From the IMG/VR virus record IMGVR_UViG_2654587772_000002: 64,000 bases of DNA, one strand, 5' to 3'. Below, in pieces: positions 1 to 11,199 of this stretch. The number at the start of each line of letters is the position of its first letter. The first letter of the stretch is position 1. Position numbers and translations under genes: made by a program. The notes below the pieces were generated by a model. The model worked only from the letters and a program-made list of their open reading frames with translations, was not told where the DNA came from and did not search any database. The stretch is from a virus (taxonomy: Duplodnaviria > Heunggongvirae > Uroviricota > Caudoviricetes).

Positions 1-234
1 ATGAAATCAAAAGACACCCTAAAGTGGTTCCCTGCGCAGCTTCCTGAAGTAAGAATTATCCTAGGGGATGCTGTAGTGGAAGTAGCAAAACAGGGAAGAC
101 CTATCAATACCAGAACATTGCTTGATTACATTGAAGGAAACATAAAGAAAAAATCATGGCTGGATAACAAAGAATTATTACAAACAGCGATATCAGTTCT
201 TAAAGACAACCAAAATTTAAATGGTAAAATGTAA
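1..234 (+). CDS. hypothetical protein, 77 aa; ORF begins at the window edge and may be 5' truncated
   Basis: ORF only; AT-rich; no recognisable motif. Confidence 0.25.
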   Translation: MKSKDTLKWFPAQLPEVRIILGDAVVEVAKQGRPINTRTLLDYIEGNIKKKSWLDNKELLQTAISVLKDNQNLNGKM

Positions 235-550
235 TATAATAAACTTACTTTTTTATCATTTTTCCACTTTAACAACATTTTGCTCCACTTTTCCACGACC
301 AAACAACTTGAAATCTGGTTAAAATAACACGCAACACTATTCTTCTTCCTTGAGTCCGCCCGGAACTCGAAAAACAAACCGAGTTAAAGCTATTTTTCAC
401 AAAATCGATTTTGGGTCTCACCAAAATTACGGGGTTGCATACGCATTCGTTTATTTTCGAACGTGTACATACAAACATGCACAAAAATAATCAAAATTAT
501 TTTCTGAGATGCATTATGATATGAACACCAATTTCGTATAGAGTCTCACT

Positions 551-1141
551 ATGTCTCGAATTTTTGCTTACTGTCGGATATCAACGCTGGATCAGACCAC
601 CGAAAATCAACGCCGGGAAATCGAAAGTGTAGGTTTTAAAATCAAACCTCAGCAAATAATCGAAGAACACATTAGCGGCTCAGCAGCAACCAGTGAGCGT
701 CCTGGTTTTAACCGGTTGCTTGCTCGCCTGAAATGTGGTGATCAATTGATTGTGACAAAACTGGATCGCCTTGGTTGTAATGCAATGGATATCAGGAAAA
801 CAGTGGAACAACTGACCGAAACAGGTATCAGAGTGCATTGCTTAGCATTGGGGGGCATTGACCTGACCAGTCCAACAGGAAAAATGATGATGCAAGTAAT
901 TTCAGCAGTCGCTGAATTTGAACGAGACCTTTTACTTGAACGCACTCATTCCGGGATAGTAAGAGCCCGGGGCGCAGGGAAACGTTTTGGTCGACCACCT
1001 GTGTTAAATGAAGAACAGAAACAGGTGGTATTCGAACGGATTAAGTCAGGTGTAAGTATAAGTGCCATTGCCCGGGAATTCAAAACCTCGCGGCAAACCA
1101 TTTTAAGAGCCAAAGCAAAACTTCAGACACCTGACATATAA
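551..1141 (+). CDS. serine recombinase (resolvase / DNA-invertase family)
   Basis: 196 aa; N-terminal catalytic-Ser block [15 protein letters not shown] motif, GRPP, C-terminal HTH. Confidence 0.8.
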   Translation: MSRIFAYCRISTLDQTTENQRREIESVGFKIKPQQIIEEHISGSAATSERPGFNRLLARLKCGDQLIVTKLDRLGCNAMDIRKTVEQLTETGIRVHCLALGGIDLTSPTGKMMMQVISAVAEFERDLLLERTHSGIVRARGAGKRFGRPPVLNEEQKQVVFERIKSGVSISAIAREFKTSRQTILRAKAKLQTPDI

Positions 1142-1368
1142 AAAATAATCTCGGTGTGAGATGCCTTACGTCTTCCAAGCCCCCTTCCTTGCCGTAAATG
1201 GAAAGATACATCTAATTATAGAATTTATATGTTTTACCCTACGGCAGTGCTGGCCATTCAATATCCTGTGCAGTTGACGTATCAACACGGTTCAGCAACA
1301 CCCGATACTTCTTCCAGGCTTCCCGCAACGAGGTTTCTTCCTCCGTTGCATATACAGCTCACCTTTTT

Positions 1369-1677
1369 TCACCCACGATTAACCAACAGCCAGACCAGCA
1401 GACACGCCACCACCGGCACAGCAAAATCCATCAGGCTTGCCACATCCCACGCGCGCGGATCAAAACCGCCCCACCACGGCATATTCATTCGCTTGCCATG
1501 CCCGAACATTTCAATCCAGCGATATTCTGCCTGGGTGTGTTCACGCGCAATGAAGAACGTACAACCGGCTATCGCCCCGTAAGCCCAGTTCCCGGTAAAA
1601 AGACCAATCAGTAGCTGCGCAGCCACAGCACAAAGCGCATGAAGGAAAGGTGTTATATCCATTTTCATCCTACCCAA
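1369..1677 (-). CDS. hypothetical small hydrophobic protein
   Basis: 102-aa ORF with hydrophobic segments; no motif recognised. Confidence 0.3.
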   Translation of the reverse strand: MGRMKMDITPFLHALCAVAAQLLIGLFTGNWAYGAIAGCTFFIAREHTQAEYRWIEMFGHGKRMNMPWWGGFDPRAWDVASLMDFAVPVVACLLVWLLVNRG

Positions 1678-1704
1678 TAAAACGGGGCGCTCGGCCCCTT
1701 AATA

Positions 1705-2745
1705 TTATTTAGACGCAAGCGCCGCCTCAATTGCAGATAATCTTTGTCTTAATTCTGCGTTTTCTTCTTCCAGTGCTGTTATTCTGTCGTCTGACTCTCT
1801 GGCTACCTGAACAAGCAAGCCAGTAACACCAGAATAATCTACTGTGTAATAACGTTCACCTTCTTCACCTTCCGATCCGCTTGCACCGTCCTGATATTTC
1901 ATTGCGGAACCTACAACTTCTGGGATTGCTTCCAGAGCTTCCTGTGCAATGACACCAGCATAGGGCATACCGTTTTCTTTAAGCGTGTATGTATAGCCGT
2001 TCATTTTACGGATGCGGTCGGTTGCATTATCGATCACCTGAATGTTGTCTTTCAGATCCCGGTCGGAATGCTGGTTAAATGCGGTGGCATGACATGCACC
2101 ATTAACGCTTAACATATAGGTGTTATCGGTATTTTTCTGCGCATAGAACATATAAGCGCCACCATCAACACCGACTTCATAAACAACAGGACGGCTGGTG
2201 TTGCCCCACAATTGAGCAGTAACACCAGCATAAGCGGTTCCCTGTGTGTTTAATGTCATGGTTGACCCATGATTGGCATATTTGATCTGTAATGTGTCGG
2301 TGTAATCAAATTTAATAAGCGCGCTACTTCCACGCTTGCTGTATGACATAAGGCAGTTACCCATTTTGAGGTATCCGCTGTCACCGGGAAAAATCATCGT
2401 ACCGCCATAAAGGTTGGTAAAGTCCCAGCAAATGTTTGTCCCGTTATCGTTCAGGTTAAGGCGCGCCATTGCGTTACCTGGACTGTCTATCCATTTTTTG
2501 AGGTATAGTTCGCAATACGCATCCTCAACACCTGCCGTCCTGTGAGTTGAGCGGAGTTTTCTCCCAAATATAGCTCCGCTAGTTGGCAATACCTGCTGAT
2601 ACCATGAAGCAGACCAGTCACCAACGATTTCATCTTTGCTGTCTACATATAATTTTGTTGCGTAGCTTCCTTGATCGTTTTTTAATTTGCTAACGTCGGA
2701 TTTTAGCGTTTTGATGTCATCAGGAATTACTGTCGATGTAGCCAT
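1705..2745 (-). CDS. tail fibre protein with C-terminal intramolecular-chaperone-like domain
   Basis: 346 aa; C-terminus (...YTVDYSGVTGLLVQVARESDDRITALEEENAELRQRL) resembles the autoproteolytic chaperone domain of tail spikes/fibres; co-oriented with stf. Confidence 0.45.
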   Translation of the reverse strand: MATSTVIPDDIKTLKSDVSKLKNDQGSYATKLYVDSKDEIVGDWSASWYQQVLPTSGAIFGRKLRSTHRTAGVEDAYCELYLKKWIDSPGNAMARLNLNDNGTNICWDFTNLYGGTMIFPGDSGYLKMGNCLMSYSKRGSSALIKFDYTDTLQIKYANHGSTMTLNTQGTAYAGVTAQLWGNTSRPVVYEVGVDGGAYMFYAQKNTDNTYMLSVNGACHATAFNQHSDRDLKDNIQVIDNATDRIRKMNGYTYTLKENGMPYAGVIAQEALEAIPEVVGSAMKYQDGASGSEGEEGERYYTVDYSGVTGLLVQVARESDDRITALEEENAELRQRLSAIEAALASK

Positions 2746-2754
2746 TTTTCTTCC

Positions 2755-3036
2755 TCACATCCAGCCACGAAGTTGATGCTCAACAGCAACCACGTATTCA
2801 TCGAATAATGACGATATTTGCGAATCATTAATGATGCGCACGTTTACAAAATATCCGTCTTCCTTAACACATACCGGTTCGCCATCTTCAGTCAGTTCTC
2901 CGGTTTCTTTGTACACGTTACCTATCACGTCAATAAGAATATCATCCTGCATCGACTCGTCATCATAATAGCCAGTGCTATCCATAAAGGCCGAAAAGTC
3001 GGCCCTGTCGGCAAATTTGAGTGTTAAATCTTTCAT
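2755..3036 (-). CDS. hypothetical acidic protein (possible tail-fibre accessory)
   Basis: 93-aa ORF directly downstream of stf, 1-nt overlap. Confidence 0.3.
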   Translation of the reverse strand: MKDLTLKFADRADFSAFMDSTGYYDDESMQDDILIDVIGNVYKETGELTEDGEPVCVKEDGYFVNVRIINDSQISSLFDEYVVAVEHQLRGWM

Positions 3037-5411
3037 TAGATTGACTCCCCCACCTGAGCATCAGTCAATGCCTTGTGCCATATTCTGAAATTCCTGACAT
3101 GACCAAATAAATGACGTAACCCGGCTGTAGTCTGGCCTCCAATACGGATAATTGCGGTGTTCTGAATACAGGACCATGTGGTTTTTGTTTCGCTGGATAT
3201 ATGCCCGTTACTTACTGAGCACGTAGACTGCTCTGACTTTACACGCATCCCCATAACCATTTTTTCAAGCGATGCGTTTTCGTTTACCCGTCTGTTAGCT
3301 CCTCCAATATCGCAATAAGGAAATCCGTCGTAATCTGTTGAACGACCGAAGCCAAGAATAATAGCCGCTCCGGTTTGATGACCGCCGGTATCAAAAACAC
3401 GTGGCGCTGCATTTGGCGTTTTATACCAGTTCTTATGTACCTCACAAAGAACCGTAAAAGGAAGATTATAAAGATTATTCTTAATTGGAACTGTAACTAT
3501 ATCGCTTGCGCGGGTCGCCGCCGTCGCTCCTGATATAATAAAAGATGATACACAAGGCCCATCTTCTACTTGTGGGGTGGCCAGATAAATATAGTCACCA
3601 GATACGGTTGCCCCGCTCTGCTTAGGAGAATACTGTATCTGAGAGCCTATTTTTAGCTCCCCATCAATTGCCTGAATTGTTGCCTCTGCAAAAATCCATC
3701 CGGTAGCTTCGTCCTTTCTGACTCTCGCTGTAATCCTTGAGGCAGCACCGCCTGTCATATTAATTTCAAGCGTTTGTGTATCAATATACGCATCACCAAG
3801 AAAAGTTGTTGCGCTACCGTCATATTTATCAAACCGGATACGCAACCTTACCTGCAGTTCTGTTTTAAAACGACATGAGGTTGTCACGTGTTTATTATCG
3901 CCTGAGACATCAACTGACTTTGTTGCAGCAATTGATGCCATATTAATGGCTGAGGTTTGCCCAATCAGAGAATCGTTGCAGACAAACTTTCCATAGGTAA
4001 AACCAAAATTATCCGTCCCTGTTTCGGGCACATCCATATTTGAAGATCGCCCCCAACTGGCAGGGCTTTCCGAATTGAGCATGTAGTTTGTTCTTTGCCC
4101 CTCAATAAGCAGGCCATCACGTTCAAATCGTGGCTCGTCAATGGCAGCCTCTGTCAGCACACCAGATTTGTTAATATAGGTTGCTTTCGATGCACGTTTA
4201 AACTTAACAATCTTGTCGCCAGGCATCGTTATTTCATCGTCACCAATAACAATTTTTTTATATGACGGCGAAAAGCCCGTAATCATATCCAGCGAATCGT
4301 TAAATGGTATCCACACATCAGGCAGCGGCTGTAAGACATATTTATACGGCTCCGCAGCCTGGCTTGCGTACTCTCTGGCTGCATCTTCGCTTGCTTTAGC
4401 TGCCGTCTGGCTTGCTGCCGATGCTTTCGCTGAGTTCGCAGCCGCTGTTTCGCTCACCTTTGCGTTGGTTTCACTGGTTTTTGCTGCTTTTTGACTGTTA
4501 GCTGATGCAGTGGCAGAAGCAGCCGCCGCGCTTGCAGAACTGGCTGCGGCACTCTCGCTTTGAGCCGCTGCATCCTGACTGCTTTTCGCCGCAGTTTCAC
4601 TGGCTTTGGCATTCGTTTCACTGGTCTTCGCTGCCGTCTGGCTGGACTTTGCGTTAGTTTCACTCGTCTTCGCAGCTTTCTGGCTGTTAGCCGTAGCAGT
4701 TGCTGATCCAGCTGCTGAAGTCGCAGAACCGGCTGCCGCGCTCTCGCTTTGGGCTGCTGCAACCTGGCTGTTTTTTGCCGCAGTTTCACTGGCTTTGGCA
4801 TTCGTTTCGCTGGTCTTCGCTGCCGTCTGGCTGGACTTTGCGTTGGTTTCGCTCGTCTTTGCGGCTGTCTCGCTATTTTTCGCGTTGGTTTCTGATTTTT
4901 TAGCTGCTGTTGCGGAGTTTGCCGATGCAGTCTGCGAGGCCGCTGCCGCCTGTGCGCTGTTAGCTGCATTCGTTTCTGAGGTTTTCGCCGCGTTCTTCGA
5001 TGATGCCGCTGCAGTTTCGGATTTCTTTGCCGCCGCTGCGCTCTGAGAGGCGGCTTCAGCGTTGCGTGCCGCTTCTTCCACCATTTCCTCAAAACGACGC
5101 AATGCCTCCGGCATGACATCATCTTCCGTCATGGCACCGAGAAAATCATTCAGCGTACCTGGTCTGGAACCTTCATAGACGGTAATGGTCCCGGCATGTG
5201 AAGGCGGAAAACCTTCAACCAGCAGGGTGACGCTGTACTGACCATACTCAACATCCATGCTGTAACGCCCGGCTTCATCCGGATTTTCAGAGGCCACCGT
5301 GTTCACCAGTACCGTGGTGCTGTTACGCTTTGCCTTCAGTTGAATAGTGCAGTTCTGTATTGGTTTTCCCGCACCATCTTTCAGCACACCTGAGATTTTT
5401 ACTGCTGCCAT
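3036..5411 (-). CDS. stf: side tail fibre protein (lambda Stf-like)
   Basis: N-terminus MAAVKISGVLKDGAGKPIQNCTIQLKA matches lambda Stf; long Ala/Ser/Thr repeat region; follows lom as in lambda; ATG at 5411 preferred over GTG at 5417. Confidence 0.8.
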   Translation of the reverse strand: MAAVKISGVLKDGAGKPIQNCTIQLKAKRNSTTVLVNTVASENPDEAGRYSMDVEYGQYSVTLLVEGFPPSHAGTITVYEGSRPGTLNDFLGAMTEDDVMPEALRRFEEMVEEAARNAEAASQSAAAAKKSETAAASSKNAAKTSETNAANSAQAAAASQTASANSATAAKKSETNAKNSETAAKTSETNAKSSQTAAKTSETNAKASETAAKNSQVAAAQSESAAAGSATSAAGSATATANSQKAAKTSETNAKSSQTAAKTSETNAKASETAAKSSQDAAAQSESAAASSASAAAASATASANSQKAAKTSETNAKVSETAAANSAKASAASQTAAKASEDAAREYASQAAEPYKYVLQPLPDVWIPFNDSLDMITGFSPSYKKIVIGDDEITMPGDKIVKFKRASKATYINKSGVLTEAAIDEPRFERDGLLIEGQRTNYMLNSESPASWGRSSNMDVPETGTDNFGFTYGKFVCNDSLIGQTSAINMASIAATKSVDVSGDNKHVTTSCRFKTELQVRLRIRFDKYDGSATTFLGDAYIDTQTLEINMTGGAASRITARVRKDEATGWIFAEATIQAIDGELKIGSQIQYSPKQSGATVSGDYIYLATPQVEDGPCVSSFIISGATAATRASDIVTVPIKNNLYNLPFTVLCEVHKNWYKTPNAAPRVFDTGGHQTGAAIILGFGRSTDYDGFPYCDIGGANRRVNENASLEKMVMGMRVKSEQSTCSVSNGHISSETKTTWSCIQNTAIIRIGGQTTAGLRHLFGHVRNFRIWHKALTDAQVGESI
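4380..5060. repeat. in-frame tandem repeats inside stf encoding AAKTSETNAK-type units
   Basis: near-identical DNA blocks recur at about 4556-4700 and 4740-4890; protein shows repeated SETNAK motifs. Confidence 0.6.
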
Positions 5412-5422
5412 ATCCACTCCAC

Positions 5423-5448
5423 AAAAAAGCCCGCCTGAACCGGCGGGC
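5423..5448 (-). terminator. rho-independent terminator downstream of lom
   Basis: GC hairpin GCCCGCC..GGCGGGC followed by a T-run on the minus strand. Confidence 0.55.
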
Positions 5449-5475
5449 TGTCATAACACTGTGTTACCTGGCTAA

Positions 5476-6075
5476 TCAGAACTTATAACCGACACCCACG
5501 ATGAAACCGTCAGTGCGCCAGTCGCCACTGCCGGAGCCTTCATAAGCAATATCAATGGCCACGGATTCGGTCGGGTTAAACTGCACGCCAGCTCCCCACG
5601 CCAGAGACGTGTTGCTGTGGCGATCGTCATCACTTCCGGTCAGCACATCGTGCGTTTTCCCCTTGTTGTCAGTTACGCGGAGATAATCCCCGGAGAACGT
5701 CGAAACACGGCTGTAAGCCACACCTGCCATCGCATAAGCACTGAACCATTCATTCACGCGTACAGATGGCCCCGCCATCATGCTGAACCAGCGGTTACGC
5801 ACTGAATCTTCATGCCAGCGGGTATCGCTGTAATGCGTTTTTTGCTCATCTTTGGCATTGGCATAACTGAATGACGTCACCAGCCCCAGCGTGTCCGTAA
5901 ATTCATAACGGTATTTCACGTTAATGCCCTTCAGGTCATCACTGCCTGGCATATCAGTATGGGCCTGAAGATACCCGGCGCTTAGTGTGGACTGATGCTC
6001 TGCTGCGCTCGCTGGCGTACCAGCGGCAACCAGCCAGACTACTGCGGACAGAATAACAGCACATAATTTACGCAT
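5476..6075 (-). CDS. lom: outer membrane protein Lom (Ail/Lom/OmpX family)
   Basis: 199 aa, signal peptide, C-terminal GYKF, strong match to lambda Lom; positioned J-lom-stf as in lambda. Confidence 0.85.
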   Translation of the reverse strand: MRKLCAVILSAVVWLVAAGTPASAAEHQSTLSAGYLQAHTDMPGSDDLKGINVKYRYEFTDTLGLVTSFSYANAKDEQKTHYSDTRWHEDSVRNRWFSMMAGPSVRVNEWFSAYAMAGVAYSRVSTFSGDYLRVTDNKGKTHDVLTGSDDDRHSNTSLAWGAGVQFNPTESVAIDIAYEGSGSGDWRTDGFIVGVGYKF

Positions 6076-6099
6076 AATTACCTCTCGCTTTTCTGCAAT

Positions 6100-6123
6100 A
6101 AAAAAGGCGTCATTTCTGACGCC
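6100..6123 (-). terminator. rho-independent terminator between J and lom
   Basis: hairpin GGCGTCA-TTTC-TGACGCC with T-run on the minus strand. Confidence 0.5.
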
Positions 6124-6142
6124 CGTATTGGGGTTATAAAAT

Positions 6143-9100
6143 TCAGCTGATACTGATGCCTGCGGTGGCTTTCTTCATCACCACAACCAGCAAATCGCTG
6201 ATACTTGCTGTGGGATACCAGCCATTTACCCACCATGCTGATACCGAAAACTCCAGTGTCATTACGCCACTGCCTGCAGGCATATCAATAACACCCGTGT
6301 AAATCAGAGTATTATCCAGAGCCGTTCGGTTATAAATTTCAGCCCCGTTTTTCTTCACTATCAGGCGGCATGACGAATAAGTATCGCTATTCTCCCGTTC
6401 ATGTCTGGCACCGCTGAAAGCCACCGCCGGGATAACAATTTGCCGGTCAAACGGCTGATCGTCATAAACCCTGACGGTAATGGTCCCTGATGGCCACCGT
6501 TCCGGTGCACGGGAGTCACGGGGGAAAGCTTTGCCCACTGTTTTAACGAGATCGCCTTCAATCTGGTTCGCGGACAGTTTTCCCAGAACCCGGCAGTTCT
6601 CGTTAATCGTGACGTTGTTGAGCGTCCCGGAGTTCGCATTCACGTTACCGCTGATATCGGCATTTTTTGCCGTCAGCCGCCCGTCCGGTGTCAGGGAAAA
6701 TGCCGGAGGATTACCGCCGCTGGTAATGGTGGGAGCCGTCAGATATTTCAGGAACACTTCATTCATAAATATCTGATCGCCCTGACCAACAAACATCGGC
6801 TTTGTGTTGCCATTCGCAGGATTAATCATCGCAATCCTGTCCGCCGCCAGCAGCACCTGACTCTGCATACCGTCAGGGGTATTCTCAATACCGGCACCAA
6901 TACCCGCGATATAAAGGCGTCCGTCCTGCATCTGCTGCAGCTTCACAGCCCACATGCTGTTCAGGTTATTATTTGTATCAACCTGAACCTTCTGTATCTG
7001 CTGAATTGCCGCACTCTGGTCTTCCAGTTTCTTATTGACGGTCTGCGTGATTTCATTGCTGACATCCGTAATGGACGTCCTGATTTCAGCCAGGTCAGGC
7101 GCAAGCTGACCGTTATCAATCTGCGTCCACAGCTCCTGAGCCAGATGGCTTTTCCCTATCTCTCCTTTGAAAAAATCCAGATAGCCGGATGCATCATCAC
7201 TCGGCTGGCCAACAGCCTCCACAAATGCCGATTTGCCAACGGTGTTCACACTGCGGATGTAAAAATAATAATCATGGCCCGGTTTGATATTGATACTGGC
7301 GGCTATCCAGTACAGCGCCGTGCCAAGATAGCGGGCTGTGGTTTCAACCTGCCTGATATCGGTAATCCGCTTTTCCGAGAACCAGAACTCAAACTGTACC
7401 GTCGGGTCATAAATGGCAAGATGCGGCGTGGCGGTTATCTGAAAATAGCCCGGCGTCAGCTCAATCCTCGACGGTGCTGCCGGTGCGGCAATCCGGAACG
7501 ATACCGACGCCGCATCGCCCTGCTGCCCCCACGCATTTACCGCCCGGACTGTCAGCCTGTAGTTCCCCAGCGCCAGTTGCGTGAAGCGGTATGTGGTTTC
7601 CGTCGTCCGGGCCGTGCTGACCAGCCGCTCACTGCCGTCGTCCGCTGTTACGGTCAGACGGAGCAGGAAGCTCACGCCCTTCACCACCTTCGGTGTGTCC
7701 CATCGCGCCAGCACCTGATATTCCCCGCTGTCTGCAGTGACTTCTGCGGTCAGGTGCTGCACCGCTGGCGGCGTGACACCATTCACCGTGCCACTCTGTT
7801 CGCCGTCAAAGTGCGCCCCGTTATCCACGATGGCCTCTTTTTCCGGCACATGCTGCACGGCGGTGATGGCATACGTGCCGTCGTCGTTCTCACGGATACT
7901 CACGCAGCGGAACAGGCGCTGGCGCAGCGTCGGCAGCTTCAGCCCCCATACGCTGTATTCAGCAACACCCTCAGGAACACGGCTCACTTTTACCTTCACG
8001 CCGTCGTTGACGGACTGAACCTCCACGCTGACCGGATTGCCACTTCCGTCAACCAGGCTTATCAGCGTGGTACCGGAGGATGGCAGCGTGATTTCACGGT
8101 CGAGCGTCAGCGTCCGGGTCTGGCTGTTCACCGCCAGCACACGACCACCGGTGCTGATACCGGCATAGTCATCATCGCAGATTTCAATAACATCGCCCGG
8201 TACATGGCGAAGCCCTTCTGCGCCGACGCTGAAATCCACGGTCTGCGTCTCCAGCAGCTCCGTTTTAATCAGCCACAGCCCGGCGCGGTGTGCCTGCCCC
8301 CGGCTGGTACAGCCAAAGGCATCCATCTTCGTAACATTACGACCGTAACGGGCAATGGCCTGCGTATCTTCAACAAGCTCTGTCGCCGTCTCCCAGCCGT
8401 TGTCCGGGTCAATCCAGTTCACCTCAACGGCATTATGGCGGTCTTTCAGGGCGCTGAAGCTGTAGCGGAACGGCGCGCCATCATCCGGCATCACCACATT
8501 ACTGCGGTTATAGGTCCACGCCTTATCCGACGGTCGGTCCTGCACGAACGTCAGCGTCTGCCCGTTCCATACCGGCATACAGCGCATCGCCGAGCAGAAA
8601 TCACTGAGAACGTCCCACGCCTTGCGCTGTGTGGTCAGGTACGCATTACAGGTGATGCGCGGCTCCGTGCCGCCAAAGCCGTCCGGCACTGACTGGTCGC
8701 AGTACTGGCCGATGACATACAGCGCCCATTTGTCCACATCCGCCGCACCAAGACGTTTCCCCATGCCGTAGCGCGGATGGGTCAGCATATCCCACAGACA
8801 CCAGGCCATGTTGTTGCTGTATGCTGGCTTAAACGTTCCGTCCCAGATACCGCTGTATTGTCGCGTCTGCGGGTTATAGTTCGACGGCACCTGCAGAATG
8901 CGCCCGCGAAGATGATAATTACGACTCACCTGCTGGCTGCCGAACTGCTCCGAGTCCACCTGTACGCCGACCAGTGCCGTGTTCGGGTAGCACTGTTTCA
9001 CATCGATGATTTCGGTGTATGACGACCAGAGCGTTTTGTTCTGCAGCTGGTCTGTGGTGCTGTCCGGCGTCATCCTGCGCATCCGGATATTAAACGGGCG

Positions 9101-9622
9101 CGGCGGCAGGTTATCCACCACCACCGAGGCCAGATACTGCGAGGTGGTTTTGCCTTTAATGGTGATGTCTTTTTCCGTCACCCAGCCACCGTTACGCTGT
9201 ATCTGAACCAGCAGGCGGACTTCCGACGGATTCCGGTCCCCCTTTGAGGTGGTTTCCACCAGTGCCTGCACACCGAAGGTAAAGCGCAGACGGTCGATGT
9301 TTGCAGACGTGATGGTCCGGGTAATCGGCGTGTCGTACTTCACTTCCGTACCCAGCACCGTCTCGGAGCCGGAGGATTCAAACCCCTCCGGCGGTGTCTG
9401 CTCCTGCTCACCGGCACGGAACACCACCGTGACACCGGAGATGTTGGTATTCCCCTCAGTGTCCAGCACCGGCGTACTGTTCAGCAGCACGCTTTTTAAT
9501 CCATCCACCGGACCTTCAACCGGCCCTTCGCTGATGGCATCGATCACACTCAGCAACTGCGTGGACTTCAGGTTGTCCTTCGCTTCGCGCGGGGTATGCC
9601 CCTTACTGCTTCCTTTACTCAT
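6143..9622 (-). CDS. J: host specificity protein J (central tail fibre / tip attachment protein)
   Basis: 1159 aa; N-terminus [31 protein letters not shown] as in lambda J; followed by lom. Confidence 0.9.
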   Translation of the reverse strand: MSKGSSKGHTPREAKDNLKSTQLLSVIDAISEGPVEGPVDGLKSVLLNSTPVLDTEGNTNISGVTVVFRAGEQEQTPPEGFESSGSETVLGTEVKYDTPITRTITSANIDRLRFTFGVQALVETTSKGDRNPSEVRLLVQIQRNGGWVTEKDITIKGKTTSQYLASVVVDNLPPRPFNIRMRRMTPDSTTDQLQNKTLWSSYTEIIDVKQCYPNTALVGVQVDSEQFGSQQVSRNYHLRGRILQVPSNYNPQTRQYSGIWDGTFKPAYSNNMAWCLWDMLTHPRYGMGKRLGAADVDKWALYVIGQYCDQSVPDGFGGTEPRITCNAYLTTQRKAWDVLSDFCSAMRCMPVWNGQTLTFVQDRPSDKAWTYNRSNVVMPDDGAPFRYSFSALKDRHNAVEVNWIDPDNGWETATELVEDTQAIARYGRNVTKMDAFGCTSRGQAHRAGLWLIKTELLETQTVDFSVGAEGLRHVPGDVIEICDDDYAGISTGGRVLAVNSQTRTLTLDREITLPSSGTTLISLVDGSGNPVSVEVQSVNDGVKVKVSRVPEGVAEYSVWGLKLPTLRQRLFRCVSIRENDDGTYAITAVQHVPEKEAIVDNGAHFDGEQSGTVNGVTPPAVQHLTAEVTADSGEYQVLARWDTPKVVKGVSFLLRLTVTADDGSERLVSTARTTETTYRFTQLALGNYRLTVRAVNAWGQQGDAASVSFRIAAPAAPSRIELTPGYFQITATPHLAIYDPTVQFEFWFSEKRITDIRQVETTARYLGTALYWIAASINIKPGHDYYFYIRSVNTVGKSAFVEAVGQPSDDASGYLDFFKGEIGKSHLAQELWTQIDNGQLAPDLAEIRTSITDVSNEITQTVNKKLEDQSAAIQQIQKVQVDTNNNLNSMWAVKLQQMQDGRLYIAGIGAGIENTPDGMQSQVLLAADRIAMINPANGNTKPMFVGQGDQIFMNEVFLKYLTAPTITSGGNPPAFSLTPDGRLTAKNADISGNVNANSGTLNNVTINENCRVLGKLSANQIEGDLVKTVGKAFPRDSRAPERWPSGTITVRVYDDQPFDRQIVIPAVAFSGARHERENSDTYSSCRLIVKKNGAEIYNRTALDNTLIYTGVIDMPAGSGVMTLEFSVSAWWVNGWYPTASISDLLVVVMKKATAGISIS

Positions 9623-9682
9623 TCCTCACGCTCCATAAATGACAAAACCGCCCGCAGGCGGTTTCACATAAAACATTTTGCA

Positions 9683-10354
9683 TCAGCGACCAATCACCAC
9701 AACCTGACCACCGTCCCCTTCGTCTGCCGTGCTGATCTCCTGAGAAACCACGCGTGACCCCACGCGCATTTCCCCGTACAGAACAGGCAGAACATTGCCC
9801 TGGGCAACCATGTTATCCAGTGAGGAGAAATAGGTGTTCTGCTTACCGTTATCCGTTGTCTGTGTACGGGGAGTTCTGGCTTTCGGTGCCAGCATCTGCG
9901 CCACACCACCGAGGACCATACTGGCACCGAGAGAAAACAGGATGCCGGTCATACCACCGCCCCAATGGCTGCCCCCCCATGCTGCAAGGGTGGCTCCGGC
10001 GGTAAAGAATGATCCGGCAATGGCGGCAGCCCCCCAGGACAATCTGGAATACGCCACCTGACTTGGCCCCGGCGACTCTGGAACAATATGAATCACAGCG
10101 CCATCAGGCAGAGTCTCATGTAACTGCGCCGTTAACCCGGACGTGCTGACGTCCCGCCCGGCAATCCGTACCTGATACCAGCCGTCGCTCAGTTTCTGAC
10201 GAAACGCCGGGAGCTGTGTGGCCAGTGCCCGGATGGCTTCAGCCCCCGTTTTCACACGAAGGTCGATGCGGCGACCAAATCGTTGTAAATCCCCGTAAAG
10301 GCAGATGCGCGCCATGCCCGGTGACGCCAGAGGGAGTGTGTGCGTCGCTGCCAT
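9683..10354 (-). CDS. I: tail assembly protein I
   Basis: 223 aa, start MAATHTLPLASPGMARICLYGDLQRFG as lambda gpI; immediately upstream of J. Confidence 0.8.
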   Translation of the reverse strand: MAATHTLPLASPGMARICLYGDLQRFGRRIDLRVKTGAEAIRALATQLPAFRQKLSDGWYQVRIAGRDVSTSGLTAQLHETLPDGAVIHIVPESPGPSQVAYSRLSWGAAAIAGSFFTAGATLAAWGGSHWGGGMTGILFSLGASMVLGGVAQMLAPKARTPRTQTTDNGKQNTYFSSLDNMVAQGNVLPVLYGEMRVGSRVVSQEISTADEGDGGQVVVIGR

Positions 10355-10991
10355 TTGTCGGTGTACCTCTCTCGTTTGCTCAGTTGTTCAGGAATATGGT
10401 GCAGCAGCTCACCGTCACCACAGTAAATGGCGGCATGATTCGGCACCGATGAACCAAAACAGCACAGCAGCACATCGCCCGGCTGCGCCGCTGACAACGC
10501 ACCTGATACAGCCCTGTGGCCTCCAGATTATCCAGATAGAGATTCTGACCGTGACGCCACCAGTCATCCCCGCGATGAAAATCCGGCATCTCAATCCCCG
10601 CCAGATGATAAGCATCCCGGAACAGCGTGTAACAGTCCGTCACCCCGTGCTCAAAGCGCCGCCGGTGAGATGCGGCACACAGCGGAACTTATGAATCGCC
10701 CCCCGGCAGACCAGCCACCACGGCAAATCACTCTGCACCTGCAGCCGCCGGTCAGTCTCACTCAGCCAGGGCAGACCACCGGGGTGGCTGTGGACCAGCG
10801 CCACAATCTCACCCTGCATTTCTGCCTGCAGCCAGTCCTCCGGAGCCATCCGGAAATAATCCTCCGGCTCACCGGAAATATTCACGCGGGAAATATCTTT
10901 CCCCCTCCGGCGTGCTTACCACGAAGCCGCACGACTCCGCTGGCGCACATCGCCGGGCGTGCGCCAGAATCGCTGATTCTGTCTGTGTCAT
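10252..10991 (-). pseudogene. K: tail protein K (MPN/JAMM plus NlpC/P60), disrupted by frameshifts
   Basis: start MTQTESAILAHARRCAPAESCGFVVSTPEGERYFP then frame breaks; reading frame resumes in three separate ORFs (10640-10885, 10380-10643, 10252-10497) carrying HSHPGG and the NlpC-like C-terminus. Confidence 0.7.
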
Positions 10992-10996
10992 GGGAT

Positions 10997-11195
10997 TTAC
11001 TGCGAAAGTTTGTTAATGGAAAGGAAGCCGCCAAAGTTGCCGACGTTATTGCGAAACTTACAGCCACTCAGGCATTTGCTGCATTTATCCTTCGTGATAT
11101 CGGACGTCGGCTGGTCATATTCATCCGCGACCGCCGGACCGCTATAACCGCACTCATCGCCGCGATAGGTCCAGGTGCAGGTGTTGTTTGTTGAC
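10997..11195 (-). pseudogene. L: 3' fragment of tail protein L
   Basis: only C-terminal ...TCTWTYRGDECGYSGPAVADEYDQPTSDITKDKCSKCLSGCKFRNNVGNFGGFLSINKLSQ is present; homology ends abruptly near 11195. Confidence 0.6.
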
Positions 11196-11199
11196 TAGC

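Noticed and set aside
4454-5122. 222-aa Arg/Gln-rich minus-strand ORF and 146-aa Ala-rich plus-strand ORF (4606-5046)
   Set aside because: Alternative frames of the repetitive stf region; composition is an artefact of the repeats.
7145-8692. 515-aa plus-strand ORF
   Set aside because: Lies entirely antisense within the J gene; Arg/Cys-rich low-complexity translation typical of a GC-rich antisense frame.
10670-11194. 174-aa plus-strand ORF
   Set aside because: Antisense to the K and L remnants; no start context.
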